A DNA stretch of 64,000 nt, taken from the NCBI GenBank assembly GCA_030390025.1, contig JASTWF010000046.1, positions 1,240,001 through 1,304,000 on the forward strand, written 5' to 3'. This document shows, in pieces, positions 40,001 through 53,279 of the stretch. This stretch comes from Squalus acanthias (lineage: Eukaryota). Made by a program: the position numbers and the translations under genes. Every line of letters starts with the position of its first letter. Position 1 is the stretch's first letter. Below the pieces are notes generated by a model. It was not told the origin of the DNA. It saw only the letters and a program-made list of their open reading frames with translations, and made no database searches.

Positions 40001-43000
40001 CATGGAGTGTGGGACAGTATAATATATGGAATGTGGGACAGTATAATACATGGAGTGTGGGACAGTATATTACACGGGGTGTGGGACAGTATAATACACA
40101 CGGTGAGTGACAGTATAATACACAGGGTATGAGCCAGTATAATACATGGAGTGTGGGACAGTATAATATTCGAGGTGTGTGACAGTATAATACATGGTGG
40201 GTGGGACAGTATAATACACAGGGTGTGTGACAGTATAATACACCGAATGTGGGACATGATAATAAACGCAGTGTGTGACAGTATAATATATGGAATGTGG
40301 GACATTATAATACACAGGGTGTGGGACAGTTTAATGACGGGGTGTGGGGCGTTATAATATTCGGGGTGTGAGACAGTATAACACGTGGTGGCTGGGACAG
40401 TATAATACACAGAGTGTGGGACAGTATAATGCTCGGGTTGTGAAGCAGTATAATACATGAGGAGTGAAAGAGTAAAATAGTTGGGGTGTGGGACAGTACA
40501 ATACACGGGGATTCGGACATTATAATACACGGGGTGTTTGACAGAATAATATATGAGGTGTGGGACAGTATAATACATGGGTGGACAGTATAACACATGG
40601 TGCGTGACAGTATAATACACAATGTGGGACAGTATAATACACGGAGGGGACGATATAATACACGGGGTGTGAGGCAATATAATGCATGGGGTGTGGGACA
40701 GTATAATTCACGAAGTGTGGGACAGTATAATACACGGGTTTTCTGAAAGTTTAATACTCGTGTGGGGCGGTATAATTCATGGGGTGTGGGACAGTATAAT
40801 ACACAGTGTGTGTGACAGGATAATACATTGAGTGTGGGACAGTAAAATACTGGGGTGAGATAGAATAATACATGGTGGGTGGGACAGTATAATACACGGG
40901 GTGTGTTCAATATTATAATACACGGATTGTGGCACAGTATAATAAATGCAGTGTGGTATAGTATAATATATGGAGTGTGGGACAGTATAATACATGGACG
41001 TGGGACAATATAAGACACGGGGTGTTTGGCAGTATAATACACGGAGTTTGAGACAGTATAATGCACGGGGTGTGGGATAGTATAATACTCGGGGTGTGAG
41101 ACAGTATAATACATGGTGGGTGGGACAGTATAATACATAGGGTGTGTGACAGGATAATACACGGTGTGTGGGACAGTATAATACACGGTGTGTGGGGCAG
41201 GATAATACACGATGTGTGGGACAGTATAATACATGGGGTGTGGGACAGTATAATACTCGGGGAGTGAGACAGCATAATACATGGAGTGTTGGACAGTATA
41301 ATACACCGTATGTGTGACAGTATAATACATGGAGTGTGGGACAGTTTAACACATGGTGGGTGGGACAGTATAACACCTGGTGTGTGTTAAACAGTTTAAT
41401 GCACGGAGTTTGGGACAGTGTAATACACGGGGTGTGGGACAGTATAATACACGGAGTATGGGACAGTATAATACACGAGGTGTGGGACAGTATAATACAC
41501 GGGGTGTGGGACAGTATAATACATGGGGTGTGGGGCAGTATAATGCACAGGGTGTGTGACAGTATAATACATGTTGGGTGGGACAGTATAATACACGGGG
41601 TGTGGGACAGTATAATATATGGTGGGTGGGACAGTATAATACACGGGGTGTGGGACAGTATAATACACAATGTGTGTGACAGTGTAATACACGGGGTGTG
41701 GGACAGTATAATATTCGAGGTGTGTGACAGTATAATATATGGTGGATGGGACAGTATAATACACGGGGTGTGTTAAACAGTATAATACATGGACTTTGGG
41801 ACAGTATAATAAACGCAGTGTGTGACAGTATAATACATGGAATGTGGGAAATTATAATACACAGGGTATGAGACAGTATAACACGTGGTGGCCGGGACAG
41901 TATAATACACGAAGTGTGGGACAGTATAATGCATGGGTGGTGAAGCATTATAATACACGGGGAGTGAGACTGTATAATAGTCGGGGTGTGTGACTTTACA
42001 AAACACGGGGATTCGGACAGTATAATACACGGGGTGTCTGACAGAATAATATTTGGGGAGTGGGACAGTATAATACATGGGTGGACAGTATAATACACGG
42101 TGCGGGACAGTATAATACACAATGTGGGACAGTATAATACACGGAGGGGACAATATAATACACGGGGTGCGGGACTATATAATACACGGAGAGGACAGTA
42201 TAATACATGGAGGGGAAGTATGATACATGGGGTGCGGGACTATATAATACACGGAGGGGACAGTATAATACATGATGGGGACAGTATCATACACGGGGTG
42301 CGGGACGATATAATACACGGAGGGGACAGTATAATACATGGAGGGGACAGTATAATACATGGAGGGGACAGTATAATATATGTGGTTTGGGACTGTATAA
42401 TACACAGGATGTGTGACAGGATAATACATTGAGTGTAGGACAGTAAAATACTCGGTGAGACAGTATAATACATGGAGGGTGGGACAGTATGATACGTGGG
42501 GTGTGTTAAATATTATAATACACGGATTGTGGCACAGTATAATAACTGCAGTGTGGTACAGTATAATATACGGAGTGTGGGACAGTATAAGACACGGGGT
42601 GTTTGGCAGTATAATACACGAAGTGTGAGACAGTATAATACACGGTGTGTGAGACAGTATAATACATGGTGGGTGGGACAGTATAATACACGGGGTGTGT
42701 TAAATATTATAACACATGGATTGTCGGACAGTATAATAAATGCAGTGTGGTACAATATAATATATGGAGTGTGGTACAGTATAATACACGGAGTGTGGGA
42801 CAGTACAATACACGGGCTGTGAGGCAGTATAATAAATGGAGTGTGGGACAATATAATACACGGGTTGTTTGACAGTACAATACACGGAGTGTGGGACAGT
42901 ATAATTCACGGGGACTGAGGCAGTATAATGCAACAGGTGTGGGAAAGTATAATACACGGGGTGTGAGGCCGTATAGTACATGGAGCGTGGGAGATTATAA

Positions 43001-45360
43001 TACATGGAGTGTGGGACAGTATAATACACAGATGTGTGACAGTATAATACATGGAGTGTAGGACAGTATAATACATGGGGTGTGAGACAGTATAATACAT
43101 GGGGTGTGGAACAGTATAATACGCGGAGTGTGGGACAGTATAATACATGGGATGTGAGACAGTATAATACATGGGGTGTGGGACAGTATAATACATGGGG
43201 TGTGGGACAGTATAATACATGGGGTGTGAGACAGTATAATACATGGCGTGTGGGACAGTATAATACATGGGATGTGAGACAGTATAATACATGGGATGTG
43301 GGACAGTATAATACATGGGATGTGAGACAGTATAATAGATGGGGTGTGAGACAGTATAATACATGGGGTGTGAGACAGTATAATACATGGCGTGTGGGAC
43401 AGTATAATACATGGGGTGTGAGAAAGTATAATACATGGGTTGTGAGACAGTATAATACATGGCGTGTGGGACAGTATAATACATGGGATGTGAGACAGTA
43501 TAATACATGAGGTGTGGGACAGTATAATACATGAGGAGTGGGACAGTATAATACACGGAGTGTGGGCTAGTATAATACAAGGGGTGTGAGACAGTATAAT
43601 ACGCGGAGTGTGGAACAGTATAATACACGGGTGTGGGATGGTATAATGCACGGGGTGTGGGACAGTATAATACACGGGGTGTGGAAGAGTATAATGCACG
43701 GGGTGTAGGACAGTACAATAAATGGGGTGTGGGACAGTACAATTCACGGGATGTAGGACAGTACAATAAATGGGTTGTGGGACAGTATAATTCATGGGGT
43801 GTAGGACAGTACAATAAATGGAGTGTGGAAGAGTATAATGCATGGGGTGTAGGACAGTATAATACACAGTGCGAGACAGTATAATACACAGTGTGGGACA
43901 CCATAATACTTGGAGGGGACAGAATAATACACGGGGTGTGGGACTGTTTATTACACGGTGTGGAACAGCATAATACACAATGCGGGACAGTATAATACAC
44001 GGAGGGGACTGTATAATACACGTGGTGTGGGACGGTATAATACACGGGGTGTGAGACAGTATAATACACGGGGTGTGGAACAGTCTAATTCACGGAGTGT
44101 GGGACAGTATAATACATGGAGTGTGGGACAGTATAATATATGGAATGTGGGACAGTATAATACATGGAGTGTGGGACAGTATATTACACGGGGTGTGGGA
44201 CAGTATAATACACACGGTGAGTGACAGTATAATACACAGGGTATGAGCCAGTATAATACATGGAGTGTGGGACAGTATAATATTCGAGGTGTGTGACAGT
44301 ATAATACATGGTGGGTGGGACAGTATAATACACAGGGTGTGTGACAGTATAATACACCGAATGTGGGACATGATAATAAACGCAGTGTGTGACAGTATAA
44401 TATATGGAATGTGGGACATTATAATACACAGGGTGTGGGACAGTTTAATGACGGGGTGTGGGGCGTTATAATATTCGGGGTGTGAGACAGTATAACACGT
44501 GGTGGCTGGGACAGTATAATACACAGAGTGTGGGACAGTATAATGCTCGGGTTGTGAAGCAGTATAATACATGAGGAGTGAAAGAGTAAAATAGTTGGGG
44601 TGTGGGACAGTACAATACACGGGGATTCGGACATTATAATACACGGGGTGTTTGACAGAATAATATATGAGGTGTGGGATAGTATAATACATGGGTGGAC
44701 AGTATAACACATGGTGCGTGACAGTATAATACACAATGTGGGACAGTATAATACACGGAGGGGACGATATAATACACGGGGTGTGAGGCAATATAATGCA
44801 TGGGGTGTGGGACAGTATAATTCACGAAGTGTGGGACAGTATAATACACGGGTTTTCTGAAAGTTTAATACTCGTGTGGGGCGGTATAATTCATGGGGTG
44901 TGGGACAGTATAATACACAGTGTGTGTGACAGGATAATACATTGAGTGTGGGACAGTAAAATACTGGGGGTGAGATAGAATAATACATGGTGGGTGGGAC
45001 AGTATAATACACGGGGTGTGTTCAATATTATAATACACGGATTGTGGCACAGTATAATAAATGCAGTGTGGTATAGTATAATATATGGAGTGTGGGACAG
45101 TATAATACATGGACGTGGGACAATATAAGACACGGGGTGTTTGGCAGTATAATACACGGAGTTTGAGACAGTATAATGCACGGGGTGTGGGATAGTATAA
45201 TACTCGGGGTGTGAGACAGTATAATACATGGTGGGTGGGACAGTATAATACATAGGGTGTGTGACAGGATAATACACGGTGTGTGGGACAGTATAATACA
45301 CGGTGTGTGGGGCAGGATAATACACGATGTGTGGGACAGTATAATACATGGGGTGTGGGA
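37030..45360 (+). repeat. Near-identical tandem duplication of a ~4.1-4.2-kb higher-order satellite block
   Basis: Identical pseudo-ORFs at offsets 4189 (37147/41336), 4186 (38310/42496) and 4114 (39844/43958); the last shift is 72 bp = 3 monomers. Confidence 0.9.
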
Positions 45361-47899
45361 TAGTATAATACTCGGGGAGTGAGACAGTATAATACATGGT
45401 GGGTGGGACAGTATAATACACAGGGTGTGTGACAGGATAATACATTGAGTGTGGGACAGTATAATACTCGGGGTGTGAGACAGCATAATACATGGGGTGT
45501 GGGACAGTATAATACACGGAGTGTGGGAGAGTATAATACACGAGGTGTGGGACAGTATAATAAACGGGGTGTGGGACAGTATAATACACGGGGTGTGGGA
45601 CAGTATAATACATGGGGTGTGGGACAGTATAATACACGGAATGTGGGAGAGTATAATACACGAGGTGTGGGACAGTATAATACACGGGGTTTGGGACAGT
45701 ATAATACATGGGGTGTGGGACAGTATAATATTCCAGGTGTGGGACAGTATAATACACGGTGTGTGGGACAGTATAATACACAATGTGTGTGACAGTGTAA
45801 TACATGGAGTGTGGGAAAGTATAATATTCAAGGTGTGTGACAGTATAATATATGGTGGGTGGGACAGTATAATACACGGGGTGTGTGAAACAGTATAATA
45901 CATGGACTGTGGGACAGTATAATAAACGCAGTGTGTGACAGTATAATACATGGAATGTGGGACATTATAATACACAGGGTGTGAGACAGTATAACACGTG
46001 ATGGCTGGGACAGTATAATACACGGAGTGTGGGACAGTATAATGCACGGGTGGTGAAGCAGTATAATACACGGGGAGTGAGACAGTATAATAGTCGGGGT
46101 GTGTGACAGTACAAAACACGGGGATTCGGACAGTATAATACACGGGGTGACTGACAGAATAATATTTGGGGTGTGGGACAGTATAATACATGGGTGGACA
46201 GTATAATACACGGTGCGGGACAGTATAATACATGGTGTGAGAGAGTATAACACACGGTGCGTGACAGTATAATACACAATGTGGGACAGTATAATACACG
46301 GAGGGGACTGTATAATACATGGAGGGGACAGTATAATACATGGAGGGGACTGTATAATACACGGAGGGGACAGTATAATACACGGGGTGCGGGACTATAT
46401 AATGCACGGAGGGGACAGTATAATACATGGAGGGGACAGTATAATATATGTGGTTTGGGACAGTATAATACACAGGATGTGTGACAGGATAATACATTGA
46501 GTGTAGGACAGTAAAATACTCGGGGTGAGACAGTATAATACATGGAGGGTGGGACAGTATGATACGTGGGGTGTGTTAAATATTATAATACACGGATTGT
46601 GACACGGTATAATAAATGCAGTGTGGTACAGTATAATATACGGAGTGTGGGACAGTATAAGACATGGGGTGTTTGGCAGTATAATACACGAAGTGTGAGA
46701 CAGTATAATACACGGAGTGTGGGACAGTACAATACACGGGCTGTGAGGCAGTATAATCAATGGAGTGTGGTACAGTATAATATACGGTGTGTGGGACAGT
46801 ATAATAAATGCAGTGTGGTACAGCATAATACACGGAGTGTGGGACAGTCTAATACACGGAGTGTGGGACAGTACAATACACGGGCTGTGAGGCAGTATAA
46901 TAAATGGAGTGTGGGACAATATAATACACGGGTTGTTTGACAGTACAATACACGGAGTGTGGGACAGTATAATTCACGGGGACTGAGGCAGTATAATGCA
47001 ACAGGTGTGGGAAAGTATAATACACGGGGTGTGAGGCCGTATAGTACATGGAGCGTGGGAGATTATAATACATGGAGTGTGGGACAGCATATTACAACGA
47101 GTGTGGGACAGTGTAATACACAGGTGTGTGACAGTATAATACATGTGGTGTGAGACAGTATAATACATAGGGTGTGGAACAGTATAACACGCGGAGTGTG
47201 GGACAGTATAATACATGGAGTGTGGGACAGTATAATACATGGAGTGTGAGACAGTATAATACATGGGGTGTGGGACAGTATAATACACGAGGAGTGGGAC
47301 AGTATAATACACGGGGTGTGGAAGAGTATAATGCACGGGGTGTAGGACAGTAAAATAAATGGGGTGTGGGACAGTATAATTCACGGGGTGTGGGACAGTG
47401 GAATAAATGGAGTGTGGGACACTATAATTCACGCAGTGTGTGACAGTACAATAAAAGGGGTGTCCGACAGAATAATTCACAGGCTGTGGGACAGTACAAT
47501 AAATGATATGTGGGACAGTATAATACACAGGGTGTGTGACAGTATAATACATGGTGAGTCGGGCAGTATAAAACTCAGTGTTCGGGACAGTATAATACAT
47601 GGGCTTTCTGAAAGTATAATACACGGGTGGGACAGTATAATACAGTGTGTGTGACAGGATAATACATTGAGTGTGGGACAGTAAAATACTCGGGGTGAGA
47701 CAGTATAATACATGGTGGGTGGGACAGTATAATACACGGGGTGTGTTAAATATTATAATACACGGATTGTGGCACAGTATAATAAATGCAGTGTGGTATA
47801 GTATAATATATGGAGTGTGGGACAGTATAATACATGGATGTGGGACAATATAAGTCATGGGGTGTTTGGCAGTATAATACACGGAGTTTGAGACAGTAT

Positions 47900-48146
47900 A
47901 CACTCCGTGTATTGTACTGTCAAACAACCCGTGTATTATATTGTCCCACACTCCATTTATTATACTGCCTCACAGCCCGTGTATTGTACTGTCCCAGACT
48001 CCGTGTATTAGACTGTCCCACACTCCGTGTATTATGCTGTACCACACTGCATTTATTATACTGTCCCACACACCGTATATTATACTGTACCACACTCCAT
48101 TGATTATACTGCCTCACAGCCCGTGTATTGTACTGTCCCACACTCC
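47900..48146 (-). repeat. 247-bp inverted copy of 46714-46960 at the CR1 5' junction
   Basis: Reverse complement with one mismatch noticed; includes the rare variant gtataatcaatgg. Confidence 0.9.
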
Positions 48147-48409
48147 AAGAGGCGGCGGCGACCAGGTAGGCCCACAGAGGCGGCGGACCTGGGTGGAGCG
48201 GCTGCGGCGAGGCGGAGGTGTCAAGAGGCGGCGGCGACCAGGTAGGCCCACAGAGGCGGCGGACCTGGGTGGAGCGGCAGCGGCGAGGCGGAGGAGTCAA
48301 GAGGCGGCGGCGACCAGGTAGGCCCACAGAGGCGGCGGACCTGGGTGGAGCGGATGCGGCGAGGCGGAGGAGTCAAGAGGCGGCGGCGACCAGGTAGGCC
48401 CACAGAGGC
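48147..48409 (+). repeat. 76-bp CpG-rich monomer array (3.4 copies) forming the CR1 5' end
   Basis: Units start at 48147, 48223, 48299 and 48375: aagaggcggcggcgaccaggtaggcccacagaggcggcggacctgggtggagcgg... Confidence 0.92.
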
Positions 48410-48605
48410 TTTTAAAGTGCGGGACGCAGTGGTTGCTGGGTAGGTGATTAATTTTTACCTGTATATAAGTTGGGCGGTTCCTAAACCCGAGACACTACAC
48501 TTGTAGTGTCCCCCACCCTTCCTCCTCCTCTAACCTAAAGGAGGTGAGTGACTATCAGGTAAGCTCTTTTTTGTTCTAGTTTAATCTGCAAGTTAGCTGG
48601 AGGGG

Positions 48606-49532
48606 ATGGCAGGGGAGGCAGTGAAATGTTCCTCCTGCAGAATGTTTGAGGTGAGGGACGCCGTAGGTGTCCCTGCTGATTACACCTGTGGGAAGTGCAC
48701 CCATCTCCAGCTCCTCGAAAACCGTGTTAGGGAACTGGAGCTGGAGCTGGATGAACTTCGGATCATTCGGGAGGCAGAGGAGGTCATAGATAGAAGCTTC
48801 AGGGATGTAATTACTCCAAAGCATGAAGATAGATGGGTTACGGTGAGAGGGGCTAGGAGGAAGCAGTCAGTGCAGGGATCCTCTGTGGTCGTTCCCCTCA
48901 GTAACAGGTATACCGCTTTGAATACTGTTGAGGGGGACGACTTACCAGTGGTAAGCCACGGTGACCGGATCTCCGGCGCTGGGTCCGTCCCTGTGGCTCA
49001 GAAGGGAAGGGGGGAGAGCAGGAGAGCAATAGTTATTGGGGACTCAATAGTCAGAGGGACAGATAGGAGGTTCTGTGGCAGCAAAAGAGACTCACGGATG
49101 GTATGTTGCCTCCCGGGTGCCAGGGTCCGTGACGTCTCGGACCGTGTTTTCAGAATCCTCAAAGGGGAAGGGGAACAATCACAAGTCGTGGTACACATCG
49201 GTACCAACGACATAGGTAGGAGAAGGGACGGGCATTTAAAACAGGAATTTAGGGAGCTAGGTTGGAAGCTGAGAGCCAGTACAAACCATGTTGTAATTTC
49301 TGGTTTGTTGCCGGTGCCACGTGCTAGCGAGTTGAGGAACAGGGAGAGAGTGCACATAAACACGTGGCTGCAGGGATGGTGTAGGGGGGAGGGTTTCAGT
49401 TATGTGGATAATTGGAGCACATTCTGGGGAAGGTGGGACCTGTACAAACAGGACGGTTTGCACCTGAACCAGAGGGGCACCAATATCCTGGGAGGGAAAT
49501 TTGCTACGGCTCTTCGGGGGGGTTTAAACTAA
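48606..49532 (+). CDS. CR1 ORF1p: Zn finger / coiled coil + SGNH esterase domain, intact 308 aa
   Basis: CSSC..CGKC, LENRVRELELEL heptads, VIGDSIVR, PGA, HIGTND, DGLHL (SGNH blocks I, II, III, V). Confidence 0.92.
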   Translation: MAGEAVKCSSCRMFEVRDAVGVPADYTCGKCTHLQLLENRVRELELELDELRIIREAEEVIDRSFRDVITPKHEDRWVTVRGARRKQSVQGSSVVVPLSNRYTALNTVEGDDLPVVSHGDRISGAGSVPVAQKGRGESRRAIVIGDSIVRGTDRRFCGSKRDSRMVCCLPGARVRDVSDRVFRILKGEGEQSQVVVHIGTNDIGRRRDGHLKQEFRELGWKLRASTNHVVISGLLPVPRASELRNRERVHINTWLQGWCRGEGFSYVDNWSTFWGRWDLYKQDGLHLNQRGTNILGGKFATALRGGLN

Positions 49533-49667
49533 TTTGTCAGGGGGATGGGAAAAAGGGCTGTAGTCCACGAGCCAGTGGTGAGTGTAGGGAGGTACTGAGG
49601 AGGGTATCAAGGTCGCAGGAATGTACCAGCAGACAGGAAGATGGCTTGAAGTGTGTCTACTTCAATG

Positions 49668-49724
49668 TGTTGTGCGACTTCTCATTTTTGTCCACCCCAG
49701 TCCAACGCCGGCATCTCCACATCA
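49668..49724 (+). mobile_element. 57-bp Penelope pseudo-LTR terminal fragment with 10-bp TSD
   Basis: TACTTCAATG duplicated at 49658-49667 and 49725-49734; first 22 nt identical to 53581-53602; frameshifts CR1 ORF2 at CVYFN|ARSI. Confidence 0.88.
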
Positions 49725-51524
49725 TACTTCAATGCAAGGAGCATCCGGAATAAGGTAGGAGAACTTGGAGCGTGGATTGGTACTTGGGACTACGATGTGG
49801 TGGCCATTACGGAGACATGGTTAGAACAGGGACAGGAATGGTTGTTGGAAGTTCCGGGGTATAGATGTTTCAGTAAGAGTAGGGAAGTTGGTAAGAAAGG
49901 TGGAGGAGTAGCATTGTTAATCAAGGATAGTTTAACAGCGGCAGAAAGGCAGTTTGAGGGGGATCTGCCGTCTGAGGTAATATGGGCTGAAGTTAGAAAT
50001 AGGAAAGGAGCGGTCACGTTGTTAGGAGTTTTCTACAGGCCCCCAAATAGTAATAAAGATGTGGAGGAAGAAATTGCAAAGCAGATTATGAATAGGTGTG
50101 GAGGTCACAGAGTAGTTGTCATGGGTGACTTCAACTTTCCAAATATTGATTGGAACCTTTATAGGTCAAACAGTTCGGATGGGATAGTTTTTGCACAGTG
50201 TGTGCAGGAGGGTTTCCTGACACAATATGTGGATAGGCCGACAAGAGGTGGGGCCACGTTGGATTTGGTACTGGGTAATGAACCGGGCCAAGTGTTTGAT
50301 TTGTATGTGGGAGAGCACTTTGGAGATAGTGACCACAATTCGGTAACTTTCACTATTGCAATGGAGAGGGATAGGGCCATACGGCAGGGCAGGGTTTATA
50401 ATTGGGGGAGGGGTAATTATGATGCGATTAGGCAAGAATTAGGGAGTATAAGATGGGAACAGAAACTATCAGGGAAAGGCACAAATGAAAAGTGGAGCTT
50501 TTTCATGGAGCAATTACTGCGTGTCCTTGATAGGTATGTCCCTGTCAGGCAGGGAGGAAATGGCCGAGTGAGAGAACCATGGTTCACAAAAGAGGTTGAA
50601 TGTCTAGTCAAGAGGAAAAAGGAAGCGTATGTAAGGATGAGAAAACAAGGTTCAGTTGGGTCGATTGAGGGGTACAAGGTAGCAAGGAATGAGCTAAAAA
50701 AAGAGCTTAGGAGAGCTAGGAGGGGGCATGAGAAGTCCTTGGCGGGTCGGATCAAGAAAAACCCCAATGCTTTTTACTCTTATGTGAGAAATAAAAGAAT
50801 GACCAGGGTGAGGTAGGGCCGGTCAAGGACAGTAGTGGGAACTTGTGCATGGAGTCAGAAGAGATAGGAGAGGTGATGAATGAATACTTTTCGTCAGTGT
50901 TCACCGAGGAGAGAGGCCATGTTCTTGAGGATGAGAGTGTGATAAAGGTGGATAGGCTGGAGGTGGTAGATGTTCTGAGGGAAGATGTTTTAGCAATTTT
51001 GAAGAACCTGAGGGTCGATAAGTCCCCTGGGCCAGATGGGATATATCCTAGGATTCTTTGGGAGGCAAGGGAGGAGATTGCAGAGCCTCTGGCTTTGATC
51101 TTTGGGTCCTCACTGTCCACGGGGATGGTGCCAGAGGACTGGAGAGTGGCGAATGTTGTTCCTCTCTTCAAGAAAGGAAATAGGAATGACCCTGGTAATT
51201 ATAGGCCGGTTAGTCTTACTTCGGTGGTTGGTAAGATAATGGAAAAGGTCCTGAGGGATAGGATTTATGACCATTTGGAAAGGGGCAACTTAATCAGGGA
51301 TAGTCAACACGGATTCGTGAAGGGTAAGTCTTGCCTAACAAATTTGATTGAATTCTTTGAGGAGGTAACTAAGTGTGTAGATGAAGGTAGAGCAGTTGAT
51401 GTCGTATACATGGATTTTAGTAAGGCGTTTGATAAGGTTCCCCATGGTCGTCTCATGAAGAAAGTAAGGAGTTGTGGGATAGAGGGAAATTTGGCCGATT
51501 GGATAAGTAACTGGCTATCTCATA

Positions 51525-53279
51525 GACTATTGCAAAGAAGCATACCGACAACTGGACAACCAGGAACACTACAGACAGCTACCCGCAGATCCGACCAAAG
51601 AACACACCCGCCAACTCAATAGACTGATCAAGACCTTCGATCCAGACCTTCAAAACATCCTACGCGCTCTCATCCCACGTACTCCCCGCGTAGGAGACTT
51701 TTACTGCCTCCCAAAGATACACAAAGCCAACACACCCGGACGTCCTATCGTATCAGGCAACGGAACCCTGTGTGAGAACCTCTCTGGGTACGTCGAGGGC
51801 ATCCTGAAACCCATCGTACAGGGAAACCCCAGCTTCTGTCGCGACACTACAGACTTCTTGCAGAAACTCAGCACCCATGGACCAGTTGAACCAGGAACAC
51901 TCCTCGTCACGATGGACGTATCGGCACTCTACACCAATATCCCCCACAATGACGGCATCGCTGCGACAGCCTCAGTACTCAACACCAACAACAGCCAATC
52001 TCCGGACGCCATCCTACAACTCATCCGCTTCATCCTTGACCACAATGTCTTCACCTTCGACACCCATTTTTTTACCCAAACACACGGAACAGCCATGGGG
52101 ACCAAATTCGCACCCCAATATGCCAACATCTTCATGCACAAGTTCGAGCAAGACTTCTTCGCTGCACAGGACCTCCAACCAACGCTGTACACCAGATACA
52201 TCGACGACATCTTCCTTTGGACCCACGGCGAAGGATCACTGAAAGGACTACACGATAGCATCAACAGGTTCCATCCCACCATCAAACTCACCATGGACTA
52301 CTCCTCAGAATCGGTTTCATTCTTGGACACACGAATCTCCATCAAAGACGGACGCCTCAGCACTTCACTCTACCGCAAGCCCACGGACAACCTCACGATG
52401 CTCCACTTCTCCAGCTTCCACCCTAACCACGTTAAAGAAGCCATCCCCTATGGACAAGCCCTGCGAATACACAGGATCTGCTCAGACGAGGAGGAATGCG
52501 ATGGACACCTACGGACACTGAAAGACGCCCTCGTAAGAACGGGATATGACGCTCGACTCGTCGATCGACAGTTCCGACGGGCCACAGCGAAAAACCGCAT
52601 AGACCTCCTCAGAAGACGAACACGGGACACAACCAACAGAGTACCCTACGTCGTCCAGTACTTCCCTGGAGCGGAAAAACTACGCCATGTTCTTCGCAGC
52701 CTTCAACATGTCATTGATGACGACGAACACCTTGCTAAGGCCATCCCCACGCCTCCACTACTCGCCTTCAAGCAGCCGCCTAACCTCAAAAGTACCATCG
52801 TTCGCAGCAGATTACCCATCTTTCAGGAGAACAGCAACCAAGACACCACACAACCCTGCCACGGCAACCTCTGCAAGACATGCCAAATCATGGACACAGA
52901 TACCATCATCACACGTGAGGACACTACCCACCAGGTACACGGTACATACTCATGTGACTCGGCCAACGTTGTCTACCTGATACGTTGCAGTAAAGGATGC
53001 TCCAGAGCATGGTACATCGGCGAGACCATGCAGACACTGAGACAACGTATGAACGGACACCGCGCAACAATCGCCAGGCAGGAGGGTTGCCTCCCAGTCG
53101 GGGAACACTTCAGCAGCCAGGAGCATTCAGCCTCAGATCTGCGGGTAAGCGTTCTCCAAGGCGGCCTTCGGGATACACGACAGCGCAAAATCATAGAGCA
53201 GAAACTGATAGCCAAGTTCCGCACTCATGAGGATGGCCTCAATCGCGATATCGGGTTCATGTCACGATACAGAACGTGA
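51525..53279 (+). CDS. Penelope-like RT + GIY-YIG endonuclease, stop-free but N-terminally truncated (~584 codons)
   Basis: Frame is open from 51525 (DYCKEAYRQL..FYCLPKIHK..PGRPIVS) into the listed ORF: DVSALYTNI, GTAMG, YIDD, FLD, CxxxxCKTC, VVYLIRC..WYIGET..RMNGH. Confidence 0.92.
   Translation, partial: DYCKEAYRQLDNQEHYRQLPADPTKEHTRQLNRLIKTFDPDLQNILRALIPRTPRVGDFYCLPKIHKANTPGRPIVSGNGTLCENLSGYVEGILKPIVQGNPSFCRDTTDFLQKLSTHGPVEPGTLLVTMDVSALYTNIPHNDGIAATASVLNTNNSQSPDAILQLIRFILDHNVFTFDTHFFTQTHGTAMGTKFAPQYANIFMHKFEQDFFAAQDLQPTLYTRYIDDIFLWTHGEGSLKGLHDSINRFHPTIKLTMDYSSESVSFLDTRISIKDGRLSTSLYRKPTDNLTMLHFSSFHPNHVKEAIPYGQALRIHRICSDEEECDGHLRTLKDALVRTGYDARLVDRQFRRATAKNRIDLLRRRTRDTTNRVPYVVQYFPGAEKLRHVLRSLQHVIDDDEHLAKAIPTPPLLAFKQPPNLKSTIVRSRLPIFQENSNQDTTQPCHGNLCKTCQIMDTDTIITREDTTHQVHGTYSCDSANVVYLIRCSKGCSRAWYIGETMQTLRQRMNGHRATIARQEGCLPVGEHFSSQEHSASDLRVSVLQGGLRDTRQRKIIEQKLIAKFRTHEDGLNRDIGFMSRYRT

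Noticed and set aside
48470-48545. Possible twister or HDV-like ribozyme in the CR1 5'UTR (cggttcctaaacccg resembles a twister P4 loop)
   Set aside because: I could not build the required pseudoknot pairings or conserved flanking residues on either strand; only a simple hairpin is supported.
50843-51622. CR1-Penelope fusion protein
   Set aside because: The CR1 frame reads into the Penelope insert out of frame and stops at 51622, and the upstream CR1 ORF2 is already frameshifted.
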